Shown here piece by piece: positions 34,435-44,841 of a stretch of DNA of 64,000 bases. Both the position numbers and the translations under genes were made by a program. The DNA is from Selaginella moellendorffii. Its lineage: Eukaryota; Plantae; Lycopodiophyta. Location: the NCBI RefSeq assembly GCF_000143415.4, contig NW_003314278.1:1386673-1450672 (forward strand). Direction: 5' to 3'. Below the pieces are notes generated by a model. That model did no database searches. It was given only the letters and a program-made list of their open reading frames with translations, and was not told where the DNA came from. Each line of letters begins with the position of its first letter. The stretch's first letter is position 1.

Positions 34435-35290
34435 TATGCCTATTGTGGAGTGCTCCGATGCCCGTCGAGGAGACTGGCTCCATTCCCAGATCGCTGAAAG
34501 CAGTACTCACCGGAAGAATGTCTAATCTTCTCGTTGAGATGTATGGGCGGATTGGGTGCCTCGATCGCTCGAGAGCGGTCTTCGGCAGCATCGAGGAGCC
34601 AAACCAGCACTCCTGGAACATCTCCCTGGCGTGATCATTCGATTGGGCATTTGGGTGATGCCGAGGACGTGTTTTGAGCGCATGCCGTGCCGGAGTATCT
34701 TTTCGTGGAGTAGTATGGTGGCTGGATATGCCCGCAATAATCGAGCATATGCTGGATAAAGCATGCTGTTGAATGACACGAGATTGTGTTCCGGCATTGA
34801 GAGCAACTTCTGGAAAAGATGCCGGAGCTCGATTTAAATTCGATCACGACGATGATGAAGGCCTATGCCGAGAGTGGCGATCTTGAAAAGTGTAGAAAGC
34901 TGTTTGAGAGCTCCTTGCGGCTAGACAAGCTCGCATTCACCACCATGCTGCTCCGAAATGGCATCTTGCAGAGGCAGTGGACGTGGTCTCGGCGCTGGTC
35001 TTGGCATATGCCCAGCACGGTATATGGACGAGGCCGCGGCATTACTGGAGGGGTTCCCATTGTCGTGGAGGTCTCGTATGCCCAAATCCAGGAAGCTTCG
35101 ACGTAACCCGGTGTCGTCCCCTATGTTCTAGGCTTTTGCAGACGCTGGAAAGCTCGAGATTGGAAGAACCATCTTCGAGAGAATGCCCAACAGGGATGTG
35201 GTTTCCTGGACCACAATAATTCAAGCTCTCGCCAAGAACAAACAAGGGAACGAATCACTAGATGGATGCATCTCGAAGGTCTGAGATTAT
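34435..35290 (+). pseudogene. PPR pseudogene, multiply deleted paralog of 37428-38996
   Basis: Shares 'VEMYGRIGCLDRSRAVFGSIEEPNQHSWNI' and 'MPELDLNSITTMMKAYAESGDLEKCRKLFESS' but is fragmented by deletions and frameshifts. Confidence 0.88.
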
Positions 35291-37062
35291 GCAAGCTACC
35301 CGTAATCTCCATTTACGTGAAGCAAAAGTATTATCTTCACCTTGATCTCACTCCTTAAAGTAGCTTATGATAAATCGTCTCAAGCTTTCATCATTTATTA
35401 GAGAAATTAGCTAGTGGTATCATCTTTAGTTAATTTTATATAATCTGAAAAACTTGCTAGATATGCCAGGCTGAAATTTACAAGATTAAAGAATATTATG
35501 GCAAACCAACATTCAAAAACAAGCCACCAAAACCAATGAGTTTATCCTTCGTGAACACCTTGGTCTAGAGTTTTGGGGCCGAAATGCCTTGGTCTGCCTT
35601 CTCTATCTGTTGAAATTTCAGGCCTTTCTAGGTGAAATTGAAGACAACTTTTAGACTTGCTACGAAATGGGGAGTTAAAGTCTGACATTGTTATTCTTAA
35701 GTGACAATGATACTGACAATTTATACTGAATAAGTGTAGGAAAAAAGAGAATATGTTTGGACAAAATGAATACAAAGTCTATAATGGCTTAGCAAGCTAA
35801 GAAATGGTCTAAACCTACGATACTTTCTTTGAGATAATTATAGAAGAGCTTGCACTAACTTCGAACTATAATACTCCTTAGCCAACCTTTTAGAAGCTTG
35901 ATTCATATTTACATTTATCAAATTAAGCTTATCTTGTATATCCAGGAAACCAAAGCATGAGTAATCATAACAACACTAAGATATCCTACTATGTGTTATT
36001 ATGAGAAAAAAATGAAAGGTATAACTCAAATTAAATATCTATGATTCAAGTTTGAAACTCAAGTCATAAGGCCATTGACTTTCTTTTCTCTTTATACCTT
36101 TATGAGCTGGTACTAATAAAGACAACATTCCAACCATTGGCAATTGTGAATTAATATATGCAAAAGTTAACTTAGCATAGTTGTCCAAAACATATATTGC
36201 CCATCCTACGTGGCCTTACATGTTTTATAGAATATATATGTGAACATGCATGTGCAAGATAATAAATTACACTACACAAAGAAATTTATGCTAGCAAATC
36301 GAGCTCCAGTTCACACTAAGCTCCTTTCTCACAAAATTTCCCATTTGCTGTATGGCTGCATTGCCCATTTATTGGCCCATGATCAGCCGATGAGACTACA
36401 TTAGAGTGGATTTCTCATCACAAGGATGATAGTACTACTAATTAGCATATATATATATATATATATATGTAATTTGTAAGAAATCTAAAAGAGCAACAAC
36501 AGGCTAACAGGAAGTGCTAAAGTTGAAGAGAAGAGCTGCTGTAAATCTGGAGCTGGAAGAAAGGAAAGAGGTATTTAGCTAATAGGAATGTAATGCACCT
36601 TATCTTACACCATGACAAGCCTTTAAAGATATTATTTATTTGCAATATTTCCAAATCTCATTTTACAATCCCGCCGTTGATAATCCAGTTTTATTTGTCT
36701 TGATCTTTCTATTGCTTATTATATGTATAAAGTTTGTGATAAATAACGTTAATTAGACCTGTCTAAACCCACTTATACTCTAGCATTACAACGAGAGATG
36801 GAATGCGACTTAGGGGCGCAAACGCATTTCAAACTTCGAGCATCCCATCAAGTTGGCATGTGGACGGCTGCGATTCCAAGTAGTGGCAGCTGAGACAGGT
36901 GGCCCTGTCTCGAGCTAGCAACTGGTGCTCCGCAATTGCTACACGTGGTGGCATCCCACGGAGTATAAAACAACGGCTCGAAGTGGAAGACAGACAAACA
37001 TATAGAGTTCCAAGTGAACAGAAAAAGTCTGTTTCTTCTTCTCAATTTCTCGGAAAGGAAGT

Positions 37063-37326
37063 ATGGCGACAGTGACGACCACCCCAGCTGTGACGACTCG
37101 CAGGCACAGGATCCCGACTTGTGTGGAGTGTGGCACTCGGCAGAATCCATGCCATGTCAAGGTAATTGGGCCGACGCTTGGATTTGTGGCATTCGCGATC
37201 GCGGCGGCGGTGGAGTGGCCCGTGGGAGCGATCATGTACCCGTTTCGCCGCATCAAGGCGCGCAGGATGATCGGGCATCCGATGAGAGTGGTGTATCCTC
37301 GTGTCTCAAGCGCTATTCCCTTTTAA
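37063..37326 (+). CDS. Small uncharacterised hydrophobic Cys-containing protein, copy 2 (87 aa)
   Basis: Intact ORF with TATAAAA (~36964) and CACGTG (36942) upstream; paralog of the ORFs at 34025 and 41049. Confidence 0.8.
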   Translation: MATVTTTPAVTTRRHRIPTCVECGTRQNPCHVKVIGPTLGFVAFAIAAAVEWPVGAIMYPFRRIKARRMIGHPMRVVYPRVSSAIPF

Positions 37327-37427
37327 ATCACAGATCCCAGACTTGAAAGAACGGAGGGATAGTGATCCTTCCTTTTACTGTATAGTTTCCACAATCAAAG
37401 CGAATCCACTTTTCTTCTTTCTTTCCT

Positions 37428-38996
37428 ATGCAATGTGAAGCTCTTGCGCGCCAATTGAGGGAGTGCTGCGATGCCCACCGAGGAGACTGGCTCCATTCCC
37501 AGATCGCTGGAAGCAGCACTCACGGGAAGAATGTCTACCTCTCCAATCTTGTCGTGGAGATGTATGGGCGGATTGGCTGCCTCGATCGCGCGAGAGCGGT
37601 CTTCGGCAGCATCGAGGAGCCAAACCAGCACTCCTGGAACATCTTCCTGGCGGCGATCATTCGATGTGGGCATTTGGGTGATGCCGAGGACGTGTTTGAG
37701 CGCATGCCGTGCCGGAGTATCTTTTCGTGGGGCAGTATGGTGGCTGGATATGCCCGCACTAATCGAGTCGAGAAGGCAAAGCAGGTGTTTGATGGAATGC
37801 CGGAGCACAACGTCGTGGCTTTGAATGCCTTAGTATCCGCATATACCCAAACTGGTCATCTGGACAAAGCGCTGGAATTTGCCAATGGCATGGTAGAGAT
37901 AGACGTGGTTACTTGTAACACAATACTCAAAGCTTTCGCTGGCCTGGAAATCAACCAAGCCAAAGCATGGTTTGATTTGATGGCCCAAAAAAACATCGTC
38001 TCCTGGAACCTCATCCTTGAAGGATTTGCCTCGAGAGGGCAAGTAGGACTTGCGAAGAACATCATGCTCTCAATGCCGGAACACAATCTCGTGTCATTCA
38101 ACAGCATTCTCTCGGGCTATTCCCAGCGCCATAAGCTTAGTGAAGCTGAGGCACTTCTAGAAAAGATGCCGGAGCTCGATTTAAATTCGATCACGACGAT
38201 GATGAACGCCTATGCCGAGAGTGGCGATCTTGAAAAGTGTAGAAAGTTGTTTGAGAGCTCCTTGCAGCTAGACAAGCTCGCATTCACCGCCATGCTGCTC
38301 GCTTACGCCCAAAATGGGCATCTTGCAGAGGCAGTGGACGTTTTCTACACGATGCCACAATGGGACGAAGCATCATGCTCGGCGCTGGTTTTGGCATATG
38401 CCCAGCACGGGTATATGGACGAGGCAGCGGCATTGCTGGAGAGGTTCTCACTGAAAAGCCCATTGTCATGGACCATGGTTACGGTCTCGTATGCCCAAAA
38501 AGGGCATCTCCAGGACGCAAAATCCATCTTCGACGCGAGCCCAGGCAAGGACGTCGTCTCCTGGACTTGCATGCTCCAAGCTTTTGCAGACGCTGGAAAG
38601 CTCGAGATTGCAAGAACCATCTTCGAGAGAATGCCCAAGAGAGATGTGGTTTCCTGGACCACAATGGTTCAAGCTCTCGCCAAGAACAAGCAAGGGAAAG
38701 AATCGCTGGAGCTTTATCGGTGGATGCATCTCCAAGGTCTAGAACTGCGAGAACAAACCTTTGCAAACATACTTAGCGGCTGTAGCCATGCCGGGCTTGT
38801 GCGCGAGGCTTGCCACTACTTCCTCTCCATGAGAAGCGATCACTACATTCTTCCCATAAAGGAGCACTACACTTGCGTGCTCGATTCCTTCTCGCGAGCC
38901 GGCCAGGCCAAAGCAGTGGAAGATCTCTTGGAAGCAATGCCTTTCGAGCCGGATTCCCCAGCATGGACCACTTCGATCCCTCTCTCAAGGCCATGA
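37428..38996 (+). CDS. PLS/SS-class PPR protein (522 aa), ends at start of E domain
   Basis: Long run of ~31-aa motifs, then 'FANILSGCSHAGLVREACHYF...EHYTCVLDSFSRAG...MPFEPDSPAW'. Confidence 0.88.
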   Translation: MQCEALARQLRECCDAHRGDWLHSQIAGSSTHGKNVYLSNLVVEMYGRIGCLDRARAVFGSIEEPNQHSWNIFLAAIIRCGHLGDAEDVFERMPCRSIFSWGSMVAGYARTNRVEKAKQVFDGMPEHNVVALNALVSAYTQTGHLDKALEFANGMVEIDVVTCNTILKAFAGLEINQAKAWFDLMAQKNIVSWNLILEGFASRGQVGLAKNIMLSMPEHNLVSFNSILSGYSQRHKLSEAEALLEKMPELDLNSITTMMNAYAESGDLEKCRKLFESSLQLDKLAFTAMLLAYAQNGHLAEAVDVFYTMPQWDEASCSALVLAYAQHGYMDEAAALLERFSLKSPLSWTMVTVSYAQKGHLQDAKSIFDASPGKDVVSWTCMLQAFADAGKLEIARTIFERMPKRDVVSWTTMVQALAKNKQGKESLELYRWMHLQGLELREQTFANILSGCSHAGLVREACHYFLSMRSDHYILPIKEHYTCVLDSFSRAGQAKAVEDLLEAMPFEPDSPAWTTSIPLSRP

Positions 38997-40804
38997 CTGT
39001 GAGTTCTTCTGATGATCTAGGAAGAATGGAGCTCCGTCTGGACCATCTTCCACGAACTGAGGTCGTCGAGCTCTTGCGATCTTGCACAGTTGCTAGAAAC
39101 CTGACAAAAGCCAGGCAAATCCACTCCGCGCTTATCTCTTCCTCGATCTATAGGGAGGATGTTTACCTCCTCAATCTCGCGGCCGAGATGTTTGGCAAAT
39201 GCGGCAGCATCGATGCCGCGCGGGGTGTGATCGATCGCATCAAGCAGCCGAATGATTACACCAGGAACATTGAGGTTGCAATGCTTGCTGCGAATGGGGA
39301 ACTTCTCTTGGCCGAACGCTTGCTCGAAAACTCGCCTAGTTCAAGCATCGTCTCGTGGAATGCCATTATCAGGGGCCACATCCTTTCCGGAGATCTCGAT
39401 CGCGCCAAGACCCTGTTTGATCGCATGCCAGAGCTCGACATCGTCGCGATCACGACAATGATCCTCGCGTATGCCCAAAGAGGGCATCTTGGTCTTGCGA
39501 GGGATCTCTTTGACGGAATGGCGTATCGAGACATCATGGCATGGACGGTGATTCTTCAGGCCTATTGCGAGAGGGGAGATCTCTGCAATGCCGGAAATAT
39601 CATCGAGGAAATGCCCGAATTGAATCTCGTGGCGTGGACAGTGATGCTTTGCGGCTATGCCCGGCTAGGGGATCTTTCCAGCGCCAGGAAGATCTTTGAT
39701 GGAATGCAATCAAGGAACTTGGTTTCGTGGAGCGCGATGATCACCATCTACGCACATCACGGGAAACTAGAGGAAGCAAAAGATCTCTTCGATCGAATGC
39801 CGGAGCACAATCCCGGGGCTTGGACAGCGGTTCTGGTCGCAAATGCCAAGGCCGGGGACATGGCACAGGCGAGGCAAGTATTTGACACGATGCCAGCGAG
39901 GGATCTTGCGGCCTGGAACGCGATGATCACCGCTTACTCCGAGATTGGTATCGAAGATCAAGCAGTGGCACTGTTCGATCGCATGCCGGTAAGGAATGTG
40001 GTGTCCTGGACTGCCGCAATCGCGGCCTTGGCTCGTGCTGGACGCCCGGACTCCGCGAGAGATTTCTTCGATCGGATGCCCGAGCGCGATGTTGTGGCGT
40101 GGAATGGGATGATCGCGTCATACGTGCGCAGCGGGAGGATGGAGGAGGCACAGATCTTGTTCCATGAAATGGCGGATCGCAGCTCCTCTTCCTGGAACAC
40201 GATGATCGATGGATTTGTGGAGCTGGGTCATCTAGATCAAGCGCGCTTCTTATTCGAGACGATGCCACAGCCGGATGTGGTATCGTGCACGTCGATGATC
40301 GTGGGTTACTCCCGGCAAGGCAATCTCAATCGAGCAAGAACCATTTTCGACTCATCCCAGGACGAAGACCCCGTGCGATGGAACGCGATGATCCAGGGCT
40401 ATGCTCACAACGGGCATAGCCGCGAGGCTCTGGAGCTCTTTGGCGCGATGGTGGTGGAGGGCGTCCGGCCTGATCAAGCCACATTCGTGGGCGTGCTTGC
40501 CGCTTGCAATCACGTCGGGGTCGTGGCCAACGCGAGGAACTGCCTGGTGTCGATGATCGCGGATCACGGCCTGGAGGATCCCCGGGTGGAGCATTTCTAC
40601 TCGATGCTGGATGTGCTCGCGCGCAACGGGCGATTGGGCGAGGCCGAGGAGCTGATCCAGACGATGCCATTCGAGCCAGACACAGTGGCATGGACGTCTC
40701 TTCTTGCCCTAGAGAAGAGCCGTGCCGCCAAGAGGGCGGTGGTGCAGCGCTCCCGAGAAGGCGGGCCATTTGCCCTAATTTTAAACTCGCTAGAACATTC
40801 TTAG
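38993..40804 (+). CDS. PLS/SS-class PPR protein (~600 aa; start 38993 or 39026)
   Basis: 'LLRSCTVARNLTKARQIHSAL...EMFGKCGSIDAAR', many short motifs, 'TFVGVLAACNHVG...EHFYSMLDVLARNG...MPFEPDTVAWTSLL'. Confidence 0.88.
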   Translation: MTVSSSDDLGRMELRLDHLPRTEVVELLRSCTVARNLTKARQIHSALISSSIYREDVYLLNLAAEMFGKCGSIDAARGVIDRIKQPNDYTRNIEVAMLAANGELLLAERLLENSPSSSIVSWNAIIRGHILSGDLDRAKTLFDRMPELDIVAITTMILAYAQRGHLGLARDLFDGMAYRDIMAWTVILQAYCERGDLCNAGNIIEEMPELNLVAWTVMLCGYARLGDLSSARKIFDGMQSRNLVSWSAMITIYAHHGKLEEAKDLFDRMPEHNPGAWTAVLVANAKAGDMAQARQVFDTMPARDLAAWNAMITAYSEIGIEDQAVALFDRMPVRNVVSWTAAIAALARAGRPDSARDFFDRMPERDVVAWNGMIASYVRSGRMEEAQILFHEMADRSSSSWNTMIDGFVELGHLDQARFLFETMPQPDVVSCTSMIVGYSRQGNLNRARTIFDSSQDEDPVRWNAMIQGYAHNGHSREALELFGAMVVEGVRPDQATFVGVLAACNHVGVVANARNCLVSMIADHGLEDPRVEHFYSMLDVLARNGRLGEAEELIQTMPFEPDTVAWTSLLALEKSRAAKRAVVQRSREGGPFALILNSLEHS

Positions 40805-41048
40805 AGCTACTTTGGCGCGAGGATGAGTTGCCACGATGCACGCGACAGGTGGCAGTGTTAGCGCTACACCAGCGACCTTTACACGTAGAGCAATCTCATT
40901 GCGTATAAAACAAGGCCCCATTTGGAAGATCTTCAAATTTTTTCTCTGAAAGTCTCTTTGAGTCTTGTGCAGTGTGCGAGTGTGAAGTTTGTGAGGGATT
41001 TCTTCGATCCAGGAATTTCGCCAGCAGCGATCAATCTAGTGGGTGGAA

Positions 41049-41294
41049 ATGGCAACAGTGACGACCCGCAGGCACAGGGTCCCGACTTGTGTGGAGTGCG
41101 GCACTCGGCAGAATCCTTGCCATGTCAAGGTAGTCGGGCCGACGCTAGGATTTGTTGCGTTTGCGATCGCGGCTGTGGTGGAGTGGCCCGTGGGAGCGAT
41201 CATCTATCCGTTTCGCCACTTCAAGGGGCGCAGGATCATGGGGCATCCGGTGAGAGTGGTGTACCCGCGGGTTGCGAGTGCCATTCCGTTCTAG
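41049..41294 (+). CDS. Small uncharacterised hydrophobic Cys-containing protein, copy 3 (81 aa)
   Basis: 'MATVTTRRHRVPTCVECGTRQNPCHVKVVGPTLGFVAFAIAAVVEWPVGAIIYPFRHFKGRRIMGHPVRVVYPRVASAIPF'; TATAAAA at ~40904. Confidence 0.82.
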   Translation: MATVTTRRHRVPTCVECGTRQNPCHVKVVGPTLGFVAFAIAAVVEWPVGAIIYPFRHFKGRRIMGHPVRVVYPRVASAIPF

Positions 41295-44200
41295 AGCTAG
41301 AATGTTCCAGAAAAATGGATTGTTTATATAAAATGTATGATTAATTGTTTTATTTAGATGGCGCAGTCTTAATCCAATCATGGCCGTGTTTGTGGACTTG
41401 GACGACACCTTGGTTCTCTCACTTTTTACTCTTTAGGCCATGAATTTCTATGCGCTCTCAAGCGTGAGCATCGGCATCTCGGCAGGGGCGAGCGAAACAA
41501 GGCTTTGGCTGAAAAGATCCCTTCGAGGTGTACTCGCTGGAATCTCTCGAGCGAGGAGGAGAATCCCAGGAGGGTGAAAACGCTGGACTCTTAAAGCTGG
41601 ATGGCGATATGACAATTGCTTGTAGGAGAGAAACTCATGTATAGGACCAAGCCGGCTTCTCCAAAAAGGTGGTGATCAGCAAAGAACAACCTCTTTCGCG
41701 TCATCTGGGCCATGAAAAATCACGGGTGCTTTCGGGAGCATGGGAATTATTGCCACCACGCGGTTAATGATGGGGCACCGAACCTAAGTGACGATCACTG
41801 GTATGCGTGGTCAGATCATGAGTGCTAGGCGCGGATGCGCGAGTTTGAGAAGAAGTTTCAGCTGCTCGACAAAAGCTCCCTCCAGCAGCAAATGCCCATC
41901 TCTTTGGGGGATCTGGGTCAACTGTGGATTTCTCTTGGGATGCCGAGGTGAAGCCTTTCTATGGGAATCCTCTCAGCTCCCCCGCAATGTTTTGGTGGAG
42001 ACACTGAGGCATGCATTTCTACTCAAGGAAAGTGTTCGTCACTGCTTGCATGAATTTCACGTCTCACTTTCAGTGTTGATCTACAATGGGAGTGACAAGA
42101 TCCCCAGCGACAATGAGCTCCACCTTTCCTCTGTTTCTTGTCTGATTTATTGTAAGTACTAAACTACGTATATAGATGAAGCTATCTTGTGTGAATGTAT
42201 TTATGAATCGATTTTATCATGTTGTAGTTTTAATGCTTTCATTTTTTTAGATGAATAAGCTCCTATTTGCTTTGTCCAATCATCCTATGTTCAGCCTATG
42301 GCACGAACAGCAGATAGATATCACGTGATCCCCTTTAGTCTAGTAGCATCACTGAAATAATGCTAGAAACTACTACCAATTTTTTCAGCCATAACATTCA
42401 GGCCTGAATGGTGTTAGGGTCTTCTGGCATAAGTTTTATACAATATTGGCTATATTTTTTCTACCAAATCTAAAACCTTTCAAAATATTTCTTATTTCCA
42501 AAACCACTAACAGCTAGCATATAGTTGATTTTATAAAAAATCTGCACCCATTTCATTTCATTTTTAAATGTAAAATAAAACAAACTTAAAAGCTTGTTAT
42601 TTCTAATTTTGATTAGATCTGTACCCCTAAAACAATGGATAACCTATAAATGAGTTTTGTAAATAATTGCGAAAATCATGTAAAAATTTAAAAATTTGAT
42701 TATTTTATACAACTAGCAAATAAAATAAAATATAATGTTGTTGTTAAATACACGAACTTAATGAATTAGACAAAAGTCATTAATAATTTATTGTTACAAC
42801 AGTTTTTTAAAACTGTTAACTTCTATATCATTCCATCTTTTGAGGACTTTATATATTACTACAATGTTTTCTATGGACGTTTGTGGAGTGAAGAAGAACT
42901 CAAGCAGTAATAATAAAAATACATATATATTTTAATTATTATTGAATATAAGCTATATTACTATTTTTGGTGTTAAATATAACTTTATCATAATATCTAT
43001 TATATTATAAATAACTTTTAATCTTTATATTTTATTTATAAAAAGTGCTATAATGATAATATTTTATTTTCTAAAGGTTTTTAAATATATTGATAAACTA
43101 TATATAAATTAGTAAACAGAAAATTAAATAATTATTAAAAACAATAATTAAGTCATATTATCTAAATGAAATAGTGAAAATTTAAATACTATAGTTGGTA
43201 ACTTTTATTTTACTTTTATTCTATAATTTTGTTACATGGTTAGAACTCATGACTTTATAATATAAATAAATAAAAAAATTTAAAAGAAAAATACTCAATT
43301 TAAAAACTATAAATTTAAAGGAAATTAATAATTATAAAATTAAATATTATTTTCAATATTTAATGAGCATAAGAAATGGTGCATGAGAAAGAAGTAAGTA
43401 AAGGAGCAATTAAAAGCTATAATGATCAAGTCAAAGAAGAATTAACTTTATTAATTTTAAAAAAATAAGTTATAAACTTTGTAAACCCAATGCGTAACGT
43501 GAAACAAATATATGAGACTTATCAAGTAATATAATAACAATATTTGACATTAACATCAAATATAATAGCTAATAAAGTAAAGATACATGAGAACCATTTG
43601 TTAACTGTAAACATATTACATAATTACACACAAATTGTGATTAAGGTGATACTTCCATTTTTTCATTGCTAATTTTCTTTTATATTTAAAAGATGAGTTT
43701 TATTAAATAAAAATATGTGATTTTACAGCTTTATCTTTTTACATAAAAAAGAGTATTTAGGATATAATACCTTATAAAACTATCTGATTTGTACCTTTTG
43801 ATAGCCAGTAATAACTTTTAATTAAATCTTTGAAAGTAAAATCATGCAAAAGGGCTAATTAAAATAATCATGCTTAAAATAATCATATCTATTTTGAAGG
43901 TTTGTATATTTTTCTTTTTTACCACATCTATATTAAATTTCTTTAAGCATGTGAGACTGTGATAAGTATTTGAAATTTATCTCTATCAAAGATGGATTAA
44001 TAAACACTCTATTTAAAGAAATCATTACATTCTTGTGAGAAATTAAATTGCCATTGCAAAAGAAGTTTTATTAGTTGCTACAAATGGATGTAGTGGCGAT
44101 CAACTGAATTAAATTGTCCTTCATGTTATATTAAAACAATTGTATTAGTATTATATAATACAAAAGGTAATAAATGGATCCTTAAACCGTTTAAGGAGCT

Positions 44201-44841
44201 TGATTCACTTGCAAAGTTATATGCTTTTCCCGACTACTAATTTTTACTTTAGTGATTAAATAATTATGAAAGAGGTTTTGAAAAAAGTATTATCAAACTA
44301 TTGTTACAAGGATTTTTTAAGAATAATTGAAATAAATATAAGGAAATGCAAGGAAGAAGGAAAAATCAAAATGCAAAGTGAAAGTTTACTAAGGCTTTGA
44401 AACTACAACACTGGTTATTTGGAAGATAAAAATCTATGAAAGGTGAATGAAACAACAGAAAATAGGTTATTTGGAGGTAAAAGAGTCACTATTGAACATA
44501 AAAACAACCCATTTACAAAAGAAAAACTGGTGATGGATAATAAATAATAAATAATTTGCTCAATATTGTTGCAAATATAATCATGTTGGATATTGGAGAA
44601 TATACATCCTTATCAAACAATTGCTGAAGAGAGAGATAAAGTGTCTTAGTTATCCTTATCAATTTTCCTATATATTATTTACATCTAAACTATGTATAGA
44701 AGAAAGCTTGATTTATACCGTTATGGTAAAAATGTATAACCTTGAGCCCTTAAAGCAGACTTAATTCATGAACATTAAATTTAATAAAGGAAATAAGACT
44801 ATCACCAGATTATCACCACAAAGTGTTGAAGGGAATGTACC

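Noticed and set aside
35400-36450. Possible old transposon remnant between the duplicated units
   Set aside because: No diagnostic domain, LTR or TIR identifiable by eye.
38810-38992. N-terminal 61 codons of the 664-aa track ORF
   Set aside because: Non-ATG start overlapping the upstream PPR coding region; the first in-frame ATGs are at 38963, 38993 and 39026.
41420-42160. GC-richer coding-like stretch after small-protein copy 3
   Set aside because: Only short interrupted frames with no recognisable motif; cannot support a call.
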